30,953 nucleotides of DNA from a virus (taxonomy: Duplodnaviria; Caudoviricetes). The DNA is taken from positions 1 to 30,953 of the IMG/VR virus record IMGVR_UViG_3300034411_000505; one strand, given 5' to 3'. This document shows positions 18,872 through 25,250 of the stretch, one piece after another. The position numbers and the translations under genes are program-made. Position 1 is the first letter of the stretch. Every line of letters starts with the position of its first letter. The notes under the pieces are model-generated. The model had not been told where the DNA came from and searched no databases. It saw nothing but the letters and a program-made list of their open reading frames with translations.

Positions 18872-19462
18872 CTAAAGATTCAACTCCTTGTGTAGATCAA
18901 CGATCGGCTTTAACACGTCCTGCATCTGCTCGCGCTCCTGCTTGGTCCACTCGTTGAGTGGTCGTTTGCAAACCTCCTTATTGATCCTGCGTAGAAATCT
19001 GGATACACCAGATATAAATGTCGGTTGTGGTTTGCTCCTTGCTGGTCTTGGCTCTTGCTCACCTAATAGCTCACACCATTGCAATTGCTGCTTGTCTGAT
19101 AACGTGGGGCGCTTCTGTGCGGCATCGTGCAGGCTTAGGTAGTTCTTCACTTCGTCTCCTGTCATCACGCCAGACAGGTAGCCGCGCAGGTCTTGCTTGT
19201 GTAGCCTGGACGCCTTCTCTATTAACGCAGCCGCCTTCAGTCTCTTGTTCACAGCGTCAACCATTGACCCCTTAGCATCATGTGTTGACTTATTAGCTTC
19301 TGTGTGTGCCTCTTTGATGGCACCTATCATTTGCTCATGTATGCTCAATGTATTAGCCCTTGGTTCCTTGTTTGTAAAGATCCTGTCGTATTGCTCTCGT
19401 GCATCCTGCGACCAATGTCTTGCGCTTATCCTGTCTCCTGTAATGTCGTTCTTTGCGCTCAT
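18872..19462 (-). CDS. Hypothetical protein
   Basis: Likely start MSAKNDITGD at 19462 via ATGA overlap. Confidence 0.6.
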   Translation of the reverse strand: MSAKNDITGDRISARHWSQDAREQYDRIFTNKEPRANTLSIHEQMIGAIKEAHTEANKSTHDAKGSMVDAVNKRLKAAALIEKASRLHKQDLRGYLSGVMTGDEVKNYLSLHDAAQKRPTLSDKQQLQWCELLGEQEPRPARSKPQPTFISGVSRFLRRINKEVCKRPLNEWTKQEREQMQDVLKPIVDLHKELNL

Positions 19463-19779
19463 TTCTGCTTGTAACAATATGTTGACTTGGGCAGACCTGC
19501 TGACAGTCTGAATTCCTCAATTTGCTTGGATAGCGCCTGCGCCGATATGCCGAGCTTTGCCGCCCTGTCTGATATGCTCACACCCTCACACACCGCAAGA
19601 CCTACCGCATACGCTACAGCCCATGTAGCGACCGTCTGAGATGATGACGATAGAACAAAGTCACATTGTAGGTTGAGCAGTCGCAAGAAGTGTCTGCTAG
19701 CTTCGCGGTATTCGTTGTCTGGTCCTGTGTCTTCCTCGTCTGGATAAACAAAGTTAACGCTTGGTTCTGTTGTAGTCAT
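19459..19779 (-). CDS. Helix-turn-helix protein, candidate late-gene regulator
   Basis: C-terminal HTH-like SISDRAAKLGISAQALSKQI; located just ahead of the packaging module. Confidence 0.55.
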   Translation of the reverse strand: MTTTEPSVNFVYPDEEDTGPDNEYREASRHFLRLLNLQCDFVLSSSSQTVATWAVAYAVGLAVCEGVSISDRAAKLGISAQALSKQIEEFRLSAGLPKSTYCYKQK

Positions 19780-19788
19780 TGTGTTGGT

Positions 19789-19816
19789 ATTATTAATAAT
19801 TTGTGTTAAATGTCAA
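19789..19816 (-). promoter_or_regulatory. Putative sigma70 promoter
   Basis: TTGACA (19816-19811), 16 nt, AATAAT in an AT-rich gap before ATG 19779. Confidence 0.45.
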
Positions 19817-19823
19817 GCTGATT

Positions 19824-20528
19824 TTACTTGCTCCTGCTCACTGTTCCTATCTTCATTGGCTCGCATATAGCTGTTACACCATTAAGCACGACACCGCATC
19901 CGAGTATGGGCTTGCGGTTGTATTTCTTGCCGTATGCCATTGCCTCTAGCTTATAATCAACTCCGCATCCTACCTGCATCCCGAACACTCTATTTGCCTT
20001 GTTTGCGTGGTATAGGACACCAAATTGCGCGTGTAGATGACCTTGAACAACCGATGCGTGTTCCTCTTGTGCGTTGAGATAAGCCGCGCATATTTGCCCA
20101 CCCTTGCCTCTGTCGCCGTGCTGGTAGATAACGCCGTCGATAGTAACTGACTCATAGCGGGGAACAACTTCCCATCCGTCTAGTCCCCAAAGATCTTTAT
20201 ATCCCTTTAGGACTGATAACGGCAAGCCTAAATCGGCAGCTTTGCGCTCTGTGAGTGAGTCGTGGTTGCCAACACACCAGGTAGCCCTTGGGAATGCCTT
20301 GTGTAGTCTCTGAACCTGCTTCTGTGCCTTCCGAAACTCCTTCTCCGAGTCCATCAACGATGGCGCTTTTGGATGGTAGCTAATAGATGCCCAGTCGACA
20401 AGATCGCCGATATGAACAACCTTATTGCAATTGTATTTCTTTTGAATGCTCTTAAGAAAAGGGATGTAGTCCCTGTGCATCGCCGGGGCGTGTGTGTCGC
20501 CGATTACTAATACTCGATTTCGTTTCAT
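19824..20528 (-). CDS. Calcineurin-like metallophosphoesterase
   Basis: All five motifs present: GDTH, GDLVD, GNHD, HGD, GHLH. Confidence 0.9.
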   Translation of the reverse strand: MKRNRVLVIGDTHAPAMHRDYIPFLKSIQKKYNCNKVVHIGDLVDWASISYHPKAPSLMDSEKEFRKAQKQVQRLHKAFPRATWCVGNHDSLTERKAADLGLPLSVLKGYKDLWGLDGWEVVPRYESVTIDGVIYQHGDRGKGGQICAAYLNAQEEHASVVQGHLHAQFGVLYHANKANRVFGMQVGCGVDYKLEAMAYGKKYNRKPILGCGVVLNGVTAICEPMKIGTVSRSK

Positions 20529-20543
20529 GTTGTTGATTGTTTG

Positions 20544-20732
20544 TTATTCGTCGTCAAATGTGATCTTAGCCAATGCTGTCTCGCTGTATCCTAGCGCGGC
20601 CAGTGCTGGCAGTAAGAGCTCGTCGAGAATTACTCTTGGATGCGGCTCATCTGTTCTTATTTCTATGGATACTGTTTTGGCAGGTCTCGTCTTTGCTTGG
20701 TGGAGCAATGTTTCTTCTAATGTTATTTTCAT
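20544..20732 (-). CDS. Hypothetical protein
   Basis: Likely start MKITLEE at 20732 after an A-rich leader. Confidence 0.55.
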   Translation of the reverse strand: MKITLEETLLHQAKTRPAKTVSIEIRTDEPHPRVILDELLLPALAALGYSETALAKITFDDE

Positions 20733-20752
20733 GTTGTTTTGAATTTTGTTTA

Positions 20753-20807
20753 TTTTAACCTTCGCGGATATCAACGGCTAGTGCCGTGGCTTCGCTTGCT
20801 GTTATGG
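20753..20807 (+). repeat. attC-like site 1 (terminal variant, 55 bp)
   Basis: TTTTAAC-CTTCG-CGGATATC-AACGGC-TAGT-GCCGT-GGCTTCG-CTTGCT-GTTATGG; left arm identical to site 5. Confidence 0.7.
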
Positions 20808-20956
20808 AATGGAATTGATGCCTTGTGTCGCTGCTTGTCGCGGTTCGTCTGCCCATCACAGGCCCACGGTTCGTCGGGTGAGTTCCCGCCGCGTAGATCT
20901 CCCCTCACAAGTGGGGTGCTGATTAGGCTCTTTAGCTGGCACATCAAAATTTCCAT
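20771..20956 (-). CDS. Hypothetical cassette ORF
   Basis: 61 aa spanning sites 2 to 1; ATG lies inside the R'' box of site 2 and the stop inside site 1. Confidence 0.4.
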   Translation of the reverse strand: MEILMCQLKSLISTPLVRGDLRGGNSPDEPWACDGQTNRDKQRHKASIPFHNSKRSHGTSR

Positions 20957-21015
20957 AACAAGTCGCTGCTGTTCAATCTCCGCTTCGCTCCGATGACAGA
21001 GCTTTGCCGTTCGCT
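20953..21015 (+). repeat. attC-like site 2 (63 bp)
   Basis: CCATAAC-AAGTC-GCTGCTGT...ACAGAGC-TTTGCC-GTTCGCT; TTCCATAAC is the exact reverse complement of GTTATGGAA at 20801. Confidence 0.85.
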
Positions 21016-21221
21016 CTAAGATTCCATTTAGTTACGGCGTCTTGCTCGGTCTCTCCCATCATGTGGACATCGCACGGGATACAGCGGACAAAGTAGATAT
21101 TACCCTCCCATGGATCCCCGTCTCGGTCGATGTGAAGCATGTCTAGCCTCCCGCAAAACGGACAGGCGAACAAGCCGTTGGAATCAACCTCGGGAACGCT
21201 GGTCTTGTTTTCGATACTCAT
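20973..21221 (-). CDS. Lar-like (restriction alleviation) zinc-ribbon protein, cassette-borne
   Basis: CPFCG...VRCIPC...AVTKWNLR pattern. Confidence 0.7.
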   Translation of the reverse strand: MSIENKTSVPEVDSNGLFACPFCGRLDMLHIDRDGDPWEGNIYFVRCIPCDVHMMGETEQDAVTKWNLRANGKALSSERSGD

Positions 21222-21251
21222 TGGCTCGGTGATTCAACTTTGACGTTATCT
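21165..21251 (+). repeat. attC-like site 3 (87 bp)
   Basis: GGCGAAC-AAGCC-GTTG(G)AATCA(A)CC...GGTGATTCAAC-TTTGAC-GTTATCT; two extrahelical bases. Confidence 0.85.
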
Positions 21252-21437
21252 AAAGAAACAGTCGAAAATGAACACTGACATCCCTAACCCGACAGTCAGC
21301 ACCCCACACATAATGAAAAGCCACCCTATGAGGTAATCATGCCAGCCACCATTTCGCTGAGATATTGAGCTAATAAATCGCTGGACTCGACCGCTGGGGC
21401 GTTCGTGGCTGGTTTTTGGTTTAGTGTCTGCTTTCAT
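21246..21437 (-). CDS. Small membrane protein, cassette-borne
   Basis: 63 aa with C-terminal hydrophobic helix; stop TAA is the TTA of the site 3 R' box. Confidence 0.6.
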   Translation of the reverse strand: MKADTKPKTSHERPSGRVQRFISSISQRNGGWHDYLIGWLFIMCGVLTVGLGMSVFIFDCFFR

Positions 21438-21476
21438 GTTGTTATTTGGCAGGATGTGTCGATTTGGTCGTTACCT
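21368..21476 (+). repeat. Degenerate attC-like site 4
   Basis: AGCTAAT-AAATC-GCTGGACTCGACCGC...ATGTGTCGATTTGGTC-GTTACCT; AAC mutated to AAT and L' eroded. Confidence 0.55.
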
Positions 21477-21569
21477 CAAATGAATGAGGGTTAGCGTTAG
21501 AGCGAACAGCGCCACCACAAACGCGGCGATTGCGAGGCGCAGCTTCCATCCTATTTCGGTTCCGTGCAT
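21471..21569 (-). CDS. 32 aa membrane mini-protein (MHGTEIGWKLRLAIAAFVVALFALTLTLIHLR), not in the ORF track
   Basis: Single hydrophobic helix; stop coincides with the R' box of site 4. Confidence 0.5.
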   Translation of the reverse strand: MHGTEIGWKLRLAIAAFVVALFALTLTLIHLR

Positions 21570-21586
21570 TTTAGTCGTTAAGATTT

Positions 21587-21614
21587 GCCAGCCGCCCAGC
21601 TAAGGACGACCGGC
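21587..21614 (-). other. GC-rich hairpin downstream of the SSB-like gene
   Basis: GCCGGTCGTCC-TTAGCT-GGGCGGCTGGC, 11 bp with G:U pairs; no clear U-tract. Confidence 0.4.
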
Positions 21615-21629
21615 TATTGTGGGGGATTG

Positions 21630-21956
21630 TTAAAAAGGGATGTCGTCACCATCTGCCGCCGCTGTTGCCGCTCCTTGTGGCATTGGGTGTCCTGCCTGCT
21701 GGTGGTTGCTTGCTTGGGCTTGTGGCTTGTCGTCAAACGTGCCGAGGATCTTGACGTTGCCAAGGATGTTACCTTTGACGCCTGCCTCTCGCTCGTCCTT
21801 GGACACGCTCTGGGTGATCATGCCGTTGTCACCATATTGACCTTCTTCGTCGTTTACGAATACGATAGCGTCTAGGTATTGACCTTTGGCGCCTTGAAAC
21901 AGTCGTTCTTTGTCGATCTTGGTTACGTCAATTTTAATTGCTAGTAATTTACTCAT
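21630..21956 (-). CDS. Putative phage single-stranded DNA-binding protein
   Basis: IKIDVTKIDK..GKxG.YLD N-domain, flexible linker, acidic C-terminal tip DGDDIPF. Confidence 0.7.
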   Translation of the reverse strand: MSKLLAIKIDVTKIDKERLFQGAKGQYLDAIVFVNDEEGQYGDNGMITQSVSKDEREAGVKGNILGNVKILGTFDDKPQAQASNHQQAGHPMPQGAATAAADGDDIPF

Positions 21957-21957
21957 G

Positions 21958-22281
21958 TTATTGTTGTTGTTGTTTTGTGGAGATTTGCTGGATCACGCCT
22001 TTCAAAACGTCACTCACTTTGTGGTTGGTTTGTGCGTGCTTGCTTACATTCTTAATGCTGTGAATGGCTGTTGCGTGTGATCGGTTAAAGTGTCGCCCGA
22101 TCTCTGGAAATGACATCTCTGCAACCTCTCGGCATAGCGTCATTGCAACCTGGCGGGCGAATGCTAGCGGCTGCTCTCTTGAGCCTCCCTTGATCTCGTC
22201 AAGTGTTACGCCCCAAGTATCACACACGGCATCTGTGACTGCCTCGGCGGTTTGGAGTTTTTGTTTTAGTGGTAGAATCAT
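21958..22281 (-). CDS. Stand-alone DnaA C-terminal (domain IV) helix-turn-helix protein
   Basis: ARQVAMTLCRE..MSFPEIGRHFNRSHATAIHS matches Bac_DnaA_C; start at 22281 follows an AAGGA RBS. Confidence 0.85.
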   Translation of the reverse strand: MILPLKQKLQTAEAVTDAVCDTWGVTLDEIKGGSREQPLAFARQVAMTLCREVAEMSFPEIGRHFNRSHATAIHSIKNVSKHAQTNHKVSDVLKGVIQQISTKQQQQ

Positions 22282-22332
22282 AATGTTTTCCTTGGTGGGT
22301 GTGCAAAATATCAGAAATGGAGTGCATGTCAA
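22278..22332 (-). promoter_or_regulatory. Promoter + leader/RBS module, copy B
   Basis: TTGACA-16 nt-(TGn)TATTTT, then 30 bp TTTGCACACCCACCAAGGAAAACATTATGA identical to 25723-25752. Confidence 0.8.
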
Positions 22333-22338
22333 TATTTA

Positions 22339-22392
22339 TTTTAACCTTCGCGGATATCAACGGCTTTGCCGTGACATCGCTAGCTGTTAGCT
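22339..22392 (+). repeat. attC-like site 5 (terminal variant, 54 bp)
   Basis: TTTTAAC-CTTCG-CG(G)ATATC(A)ACGGC-TTT-GCCGT-GACATCG-CTAGCT-GTTAGCT; canonical 5/6 nt spacers. Confidence 0.8.
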
Positions 22393-22601
22393 GTGGGGCG
22401 AACCATCTTTAGGTTTCTAGCAATCGCGGGCGATGTAACGCCCATTTTGGATGCCACTTCTTTCTGTGTAAACCCCTCACGGATTAATTTGTCTGCAATA
22501 GCCCCTTTCAGTAGGGCTGGCATTGGATGCCATTCCCCGTCCAGATGCCGGATCGCATGATCCCGTTGCGCTTTAGCTTTGTGTAATTGTTCTTCGGTCA
22601 T
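22380..22601 (-). CDS. Small helix-turn-helix protein
   Basis: GFTQKEVASKMGVTSPAIAR; reads through the R' box of site 5 and stops in its spacer. Confidence 0.7.
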   Translation of the reverse strand: MTEEQLHKAKAQRDHAIRHLDGEWHPMPALLKGAIADKLIREGFTQKEVASKMGVTSPAIARNLKMVRPTANS

Positions 22602-22657
22602 GTCTAGTTTTATTAGTCGTTAGGGTTAGAATGGCACGTTTTGTGTATTCATGGTCA

Positions 22658-22694
22658 TTGGTTCGGTGGTCATGAGTCAGCTTTGGCGTTATGC
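22658..22694 (+). repeat. attC right-arm remnant (site 6)
   Basis: 33 bp TTGGTTCGGTGGTCATGAGTCAGCTTTGGCGTT identical to 24274-24306; R' GTTATGC; no left arm found. Confidence 0.7.
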
Positions 22695-23024
22695 AATAGA
22701 GCTATTACCTTTAAGCCACCCCAAAAAGTAGTGACGCTGCCTGTTTGGTGCTGGAGATATGCTGAAAGATGATCCCAGCACAGCCTCGTCAATTTCATCG
22801 AAGCTCATATCCTCAAAAGTTTCCTCATGATAATCATGAACGCATTGCCATACTTGATCGAACGTCCACGCAGCTCCTTGCCACCTGTCTTTTATTTGAT
22901 CTAGCCCTAGCTGATCTGTCGCCCTTTCTATTTCAGAATGAGCATAACAAGTCGCTGCACCCGATGCAGAACCGCTCTCTAGTTTGTTTTTAGTCTCTTG
23001 GTTGTCTTCGTTTTGTGTGTTCAT
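22689..23024 (-). CDS. Hypothetical cassette protein
   Basis: 111 aa; start inside the site 7 loop, stop in the R' box of site 6. Confidence 0.7.
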   Translation of the reverse strand: MNTQNEDNQETKNKLESGSASGAATCYAHSEIERATDQLGLDQIKDRWQGAAWTFDQVWQCVHDYHEETFEDMSFDEIDEAVLGSSFSISPAPNRQRHYFLGWLKGNSSIA

Positions 23025-23070
23025 ATCGTTATTTGGTTATTGTTCTGCACTGGTGAGCTTTACGTTAGCT
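22942..23070 (+). repeat. attC-like site 7 (129 bp)
   Basis: GCATAAC-AAGTC-GCT(G)CACCCG(A)TGCAGAAC...GTTCTGCACTGGTGAGC-TTTAC-GTTAGCT; R'' is the reverse complement of GTTATGC at 22688. Confidence 0.9.
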
Positions 23071-23359
23071 AAAATAAGTCAGCGATGGTGGCAGCTATGT
23101 TGTCTGAGTTGTTGGCGAGATGTTCGATATATTCACATGCGTTAAGAATGGCTGTATTCTCCCAGCCGTCCTTTAGCATCTGTCTCTCTTGCTTTCGGAC
23201 CTCTGCGGCTGTTAAGCACTTAATGCCATGCCTGATGCTCGGATCGTCTACATTGCGAGGTGAGTAAACAAAAATGAAAGCTAACAAGTCGCTGCACCTC
23301 GACTCGCTACCGTCCTGCACTCCGTTTTCGTTGCTAGGTTTATCTGTATTTTTTTCCAT
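23069..23359 (-). CDS. Hypothetical cassette protein
   Basis: 96 aa; start inside the site 8 loop, stop at the edge of the site 7 R' box. Confidence 0.7.
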   Translation of the reverse strand: MEKNTDKPSNENGVQDGSESRCSDLLAFIFVYSPRNVDDPSIRHGIKCLTAAEVRKQERQMLKDGWENTAILNACEYIEHLANNSDNIAATIADLF

Positions 23360-23407
23360 CGTTTAGTTGTTCAGTCTTTGCGCTCGCCGTTGAGCTTTAC
23401 GTTCGGC
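23279..23407 (+). repeat. attC-like site 8 (129 bp)
   Basis: AGCTAAC-AAGTC-GCTGCACC...CGTTGAGC-TTTAC-GTTCGGC; R'' is the reverse complement of GTTAGCT at 23064. Confidence 0.85.
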
Positions 23408-24216
23408 AAATAAGAATCCACGGACATCATGCATCGGAGGATTTCAGCGACGACTTGCGGTACGATGGCGTTTCCGAGTCCTCTAAGTCTGTCCACCCTG
23501 CGGGATACCCCATCAACCACTCTATCCATTCTGGGTTCAAGTGCCCACTGGTTTTTCCATCCGCCTTCTGTGCTTCTTGTGTTGCCCCGTATAGGTTCCC
23601 CGTTTGGGTGTCCCCCGCTTCCCTCATCTTTTGCCGTCTCGCGTCCACGTTTAGCCATGATTCGCTGCTCTCGCTCGCTCGCGGAGTGCGCCACCAACCA
23701 CACCCTGTCTCTTTGGTGGGGCGCACCTGCGGCGCAAGCTGGAATAACAATCGACCTTGTGGTGTAGCCTTCGTTTTCCAAATCACAGCATACGGCGTCG
23801 AGTCCCATTGTGACATGACCAGCAACGTTTTCAGCAAGCACCCAAGAGGGTCGCGACCGCTTAATAACGCTAAACATTTGCGGCCAGAGATGGCGGCTAT
23901 CTTCCTTCCCCTTTTTCTTTCCGATGCTGCTGAAAGGTTGGCAAGGGTATCCGCCGGTAATAAGGTCAATTGGTCCATAGTTTTTTGGGTCTAGTGTTTT
24001 TATATCGCCGTGAATCGGCACATTGGGAAAGTTTTTGTTGAGCACCTTTTGCGCCCACGGTTCGATTTCACAGAATCCCACGGTTTCGATGCCTCCCACC
24101 CACTGAGCGGCCAGTGCAAAGCCACCGATTCCGCTAAACAAATCAAGATGCCGAACAAGTCGCTGCGTCCGACCGCTAACCGTTCCTGAGTCTATTTCGT
24201 TTTCTGGTGTGTCCAT
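23371..24216 (-). CDS. dcm: DNA (cytosine-5) methyltransferase, alpha chain, copy 1
   Basis: Motif I DLFSGIGG, IV GGYPCQ, VI ENV, VIII HQRDRVW and X LGNAIVP; motif IX not seen in this frame. Confidence 0.92.
   Translation of the reverse strand: MDTPENEIDSGTVSGRTQRLVRHLDLFSGIGGFALAAQWVGGIETVGFCEIEPWAQKVLNKNFPNVPIHGDIKTLDPKNYGPIDLITGGYPCQPFSSIGKKKGKEDSRHLWPQMFSVIKRSRPSWVLAENVAGHVTMGLDAVCCDLENEGYTTRSIVIPACAAGAPHQRDRVWLVAHSASEREQRIMAKRGRETAKDEGSGGHPNGEPIRGNTRSTEGGWKNQWALEPRMDRVVDGVSRRVDRLRGLGNAIVPQVVAEILRCMMSVDSYLPNVKLNGERKD
23427..23978 (-). CDS. Nested alternative-frame beta chain of C5 methyltransferase copy 1
   Basis: 183 aa wholly inside dcm in another frame; carries motif IX-like LNPEWIEWLMGYPAGWTD; conserved in copy 2. 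Confidence 0.75.
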   Translation of the reverse strand: MDQLTLLPADTLANLSAASERKRGRKIAAISGRKCLALLSGRDPLGCLLKTLLVMSQWDSTPYAVIWKTKATPQGRLLFQLAPQVRPTKETGCGWWRTPRASESSESWLNVDARRQKMREAGDTQTGNLYGATQEAQKADGKTSGHLNPEWIEWLMGYPAGWTDLEDSETPSYRKSSLKSSDA

Positions 24217-24268
24217 AAGTTATTGATTTGTGCTGTCACTCGGGCGGCCGTTGAGCTTTACGTTCTGC
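24150..24268 (+). repeat. attC-like site 9 (119 bp)
   Basis: GCCGAAC-AAGTC-GCTGCGTCCGACCGC...GCGGCCGTTGAGC-TTTAC-GTTCTGC; TGCCGAAC is the reverse complement of GTTCGGCA at 23401. Confidence 0.85.
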
Positions 24269-24273
24269 ATTAT

Positions 24274-24310
24274 TTGGTTCGGTGGTCATGAGTCAGCTTT
24301 GGCGTTCGCT
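24274..24310 (+). repeat. attC right-arm remnant (site 10)
   Basis: Lies 5 bp after site 9; 33 bp identical to site 6; R' GTTCGCT. Confidence 0.7.
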
Positions 24311-24492
24311 AAAAATTCCTTGAGGTGCTTCTTGCATAGCCTAATTCCCTTAATTTCTGCATTTATTCTTGCCTTTGGGATCGAGTGTTGTCCTGAAGCA
24401 TTCAGCTTTAGCTGACTTATTTTGTCGTCCCATTTATTAAACAACTCAGCGAACAAATCGCTGGAGATCAATTTCGTTCGTTCCTCACTCAT
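24286..24492 (-). CDS. Hypothetical cassette protein
   Basis: 68 aa; ATGA-coupled to dcm copy 2 inside site 11; stop inside site 10. Confidence 0.65.
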   Translation of the reverse strand: MSEERTKLISSDLFAELFNKWDDKISQLKLNASGQHSIPKARINAEIKGIRLCKKHLKEFLANAKADS

Positions 24493-24513
24493 GACTCAGC
24501 TGGGTCGTTCGCA
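24448..24513 (+). repeat. attC-like site 11 (66 bp)
   Basis: AGCGAAC-AAATC-GCTG(G)AG(A)TCA...TGACTCAGC-TGGGTC-GTTCGCA; R'' is the reverse complement of GTTCGCT at 24304. Confidence 0.9.
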
Positions 24514-25250
24514 AGAGAAATTGCCCTCATAAGTTCGTAGGCTACTTGTGGCACGATGGCATTTCCAAGTGCTCGCAATCGGTGTGATTGATTGGGTATC
24601 CCATAAACCATTCGAGCCACTGCGGGTTCACTATTCCAGTAGCCATTTTCGCCAACCCCCAACTCTGCAACTTCTTTCGATTCCCCGCTCCACCACCTAG
24701 GACTGTCGGTCCTCCCGTTGTCGTTACGCTCGCAGTGGGCCACAATCCAGTATCTGGATCGCTTGTGCCATGCCCCGACGCCGCAAGCTGGAATATCGTA
24801 TGTCCGGCAGGCGAAGCCTTCCGCTTCCAGTTCAGCGATGATCTTGTCGAGTGCCAGCGTTCGGATGTTAGGAGAGTTTTCTCCAATGATCCAAGTAGGC
24901 TTTGACTCCTTGATGATTCGGAGCATTTGAGGCCACAAGTCCCGCTCATCTTCATCTCCTCTTTGCTTCCCCGCGACCGAGTAGGGCTGACAAGGGAATC
25001 CTCCCGTAAGGACATCGCATTCGACTCCTCGCATTTTTCTGATGTCTCCGTGGTTTGGTACATTCGGCCATTTACTTTCCAAAACTCTTTCTGCATAATC
25101 TTCTATTTCACTGAATCCAATCGTTTCCCATCCCGCCCATTGTGCAGCTAGAGCGAATCCGCCTATCCCACTGAATAAATCAAGATGGCGAACAAGACGG
25201 TGCTGACCAACGCCCTCGCTCGTTCCTCGCTCTGTCGTGGCAGACCTCAT
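24489..25250 (-). CDS. dcm: DNA (cytosine-5) methyltransferase, alpha chain, copy 2
   Basis: DLFSGIGG, GGFPCQ, ENS (variant of ENV), HKRSRYW, LGNAIVP. Confidence 0.9.
   Translation of the reverse strand: MRSATTERGTSEGVGQHRLVRHLDLFSGIGGFALAAQWAGWETIGFSEIEDYAERVLESKWPNVPNHGDIRKMRGVECDVLTGGFPCQPYSVAGKQRGDEDERDLWPQMLRIIKESKPTWIIGENSPNIRTLALDKIIAELEAEGFACRTYDIPACGVGAWHKRSRYWIVAHCERNDNGRTDSPRWWSGESKEVAELGVGENGYWNSEPAVARMVYGIPNQSHRLRALGNAIVPQVAYELMRAISLANDPAES
24542..25096 (-). CDS. Nested alternative-frame beta chain of C5 methyltransferase copy 2 (start uncertain)
   Basis: Motifs SG.CGLKC, WK.KA.P.G..IFQLA, LWPT and VNPQWLEWFMGYPINHTD parallel the copy 1 beta chain. Confidence 0.7.
   Translation of the reverse strand: MQKEFWKVNGRMYQTTETSEKCEESNAMSLREDSLVSPTRSRGSKEEMKMSGTCGLKCSESSRSQSLLGSLEKTLLTSERWHSTRSSLNWKRKASPAGHTIFQLAASGHGTSDPDTGLWPTASVTTTGGPTVLGGGAGNRKKLQSWGLAKMATGIVNPQWLEWFMGYPINHTDCEHLEMPSCHK

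Noticed and set aside
23427-23978. Frameshifted dcm pseudogenes
   Set aside because: Alpha frames are open from motif I to X and the same nested arrangement recurs in both copies, which fits a two-chain enzyme rather than decay.
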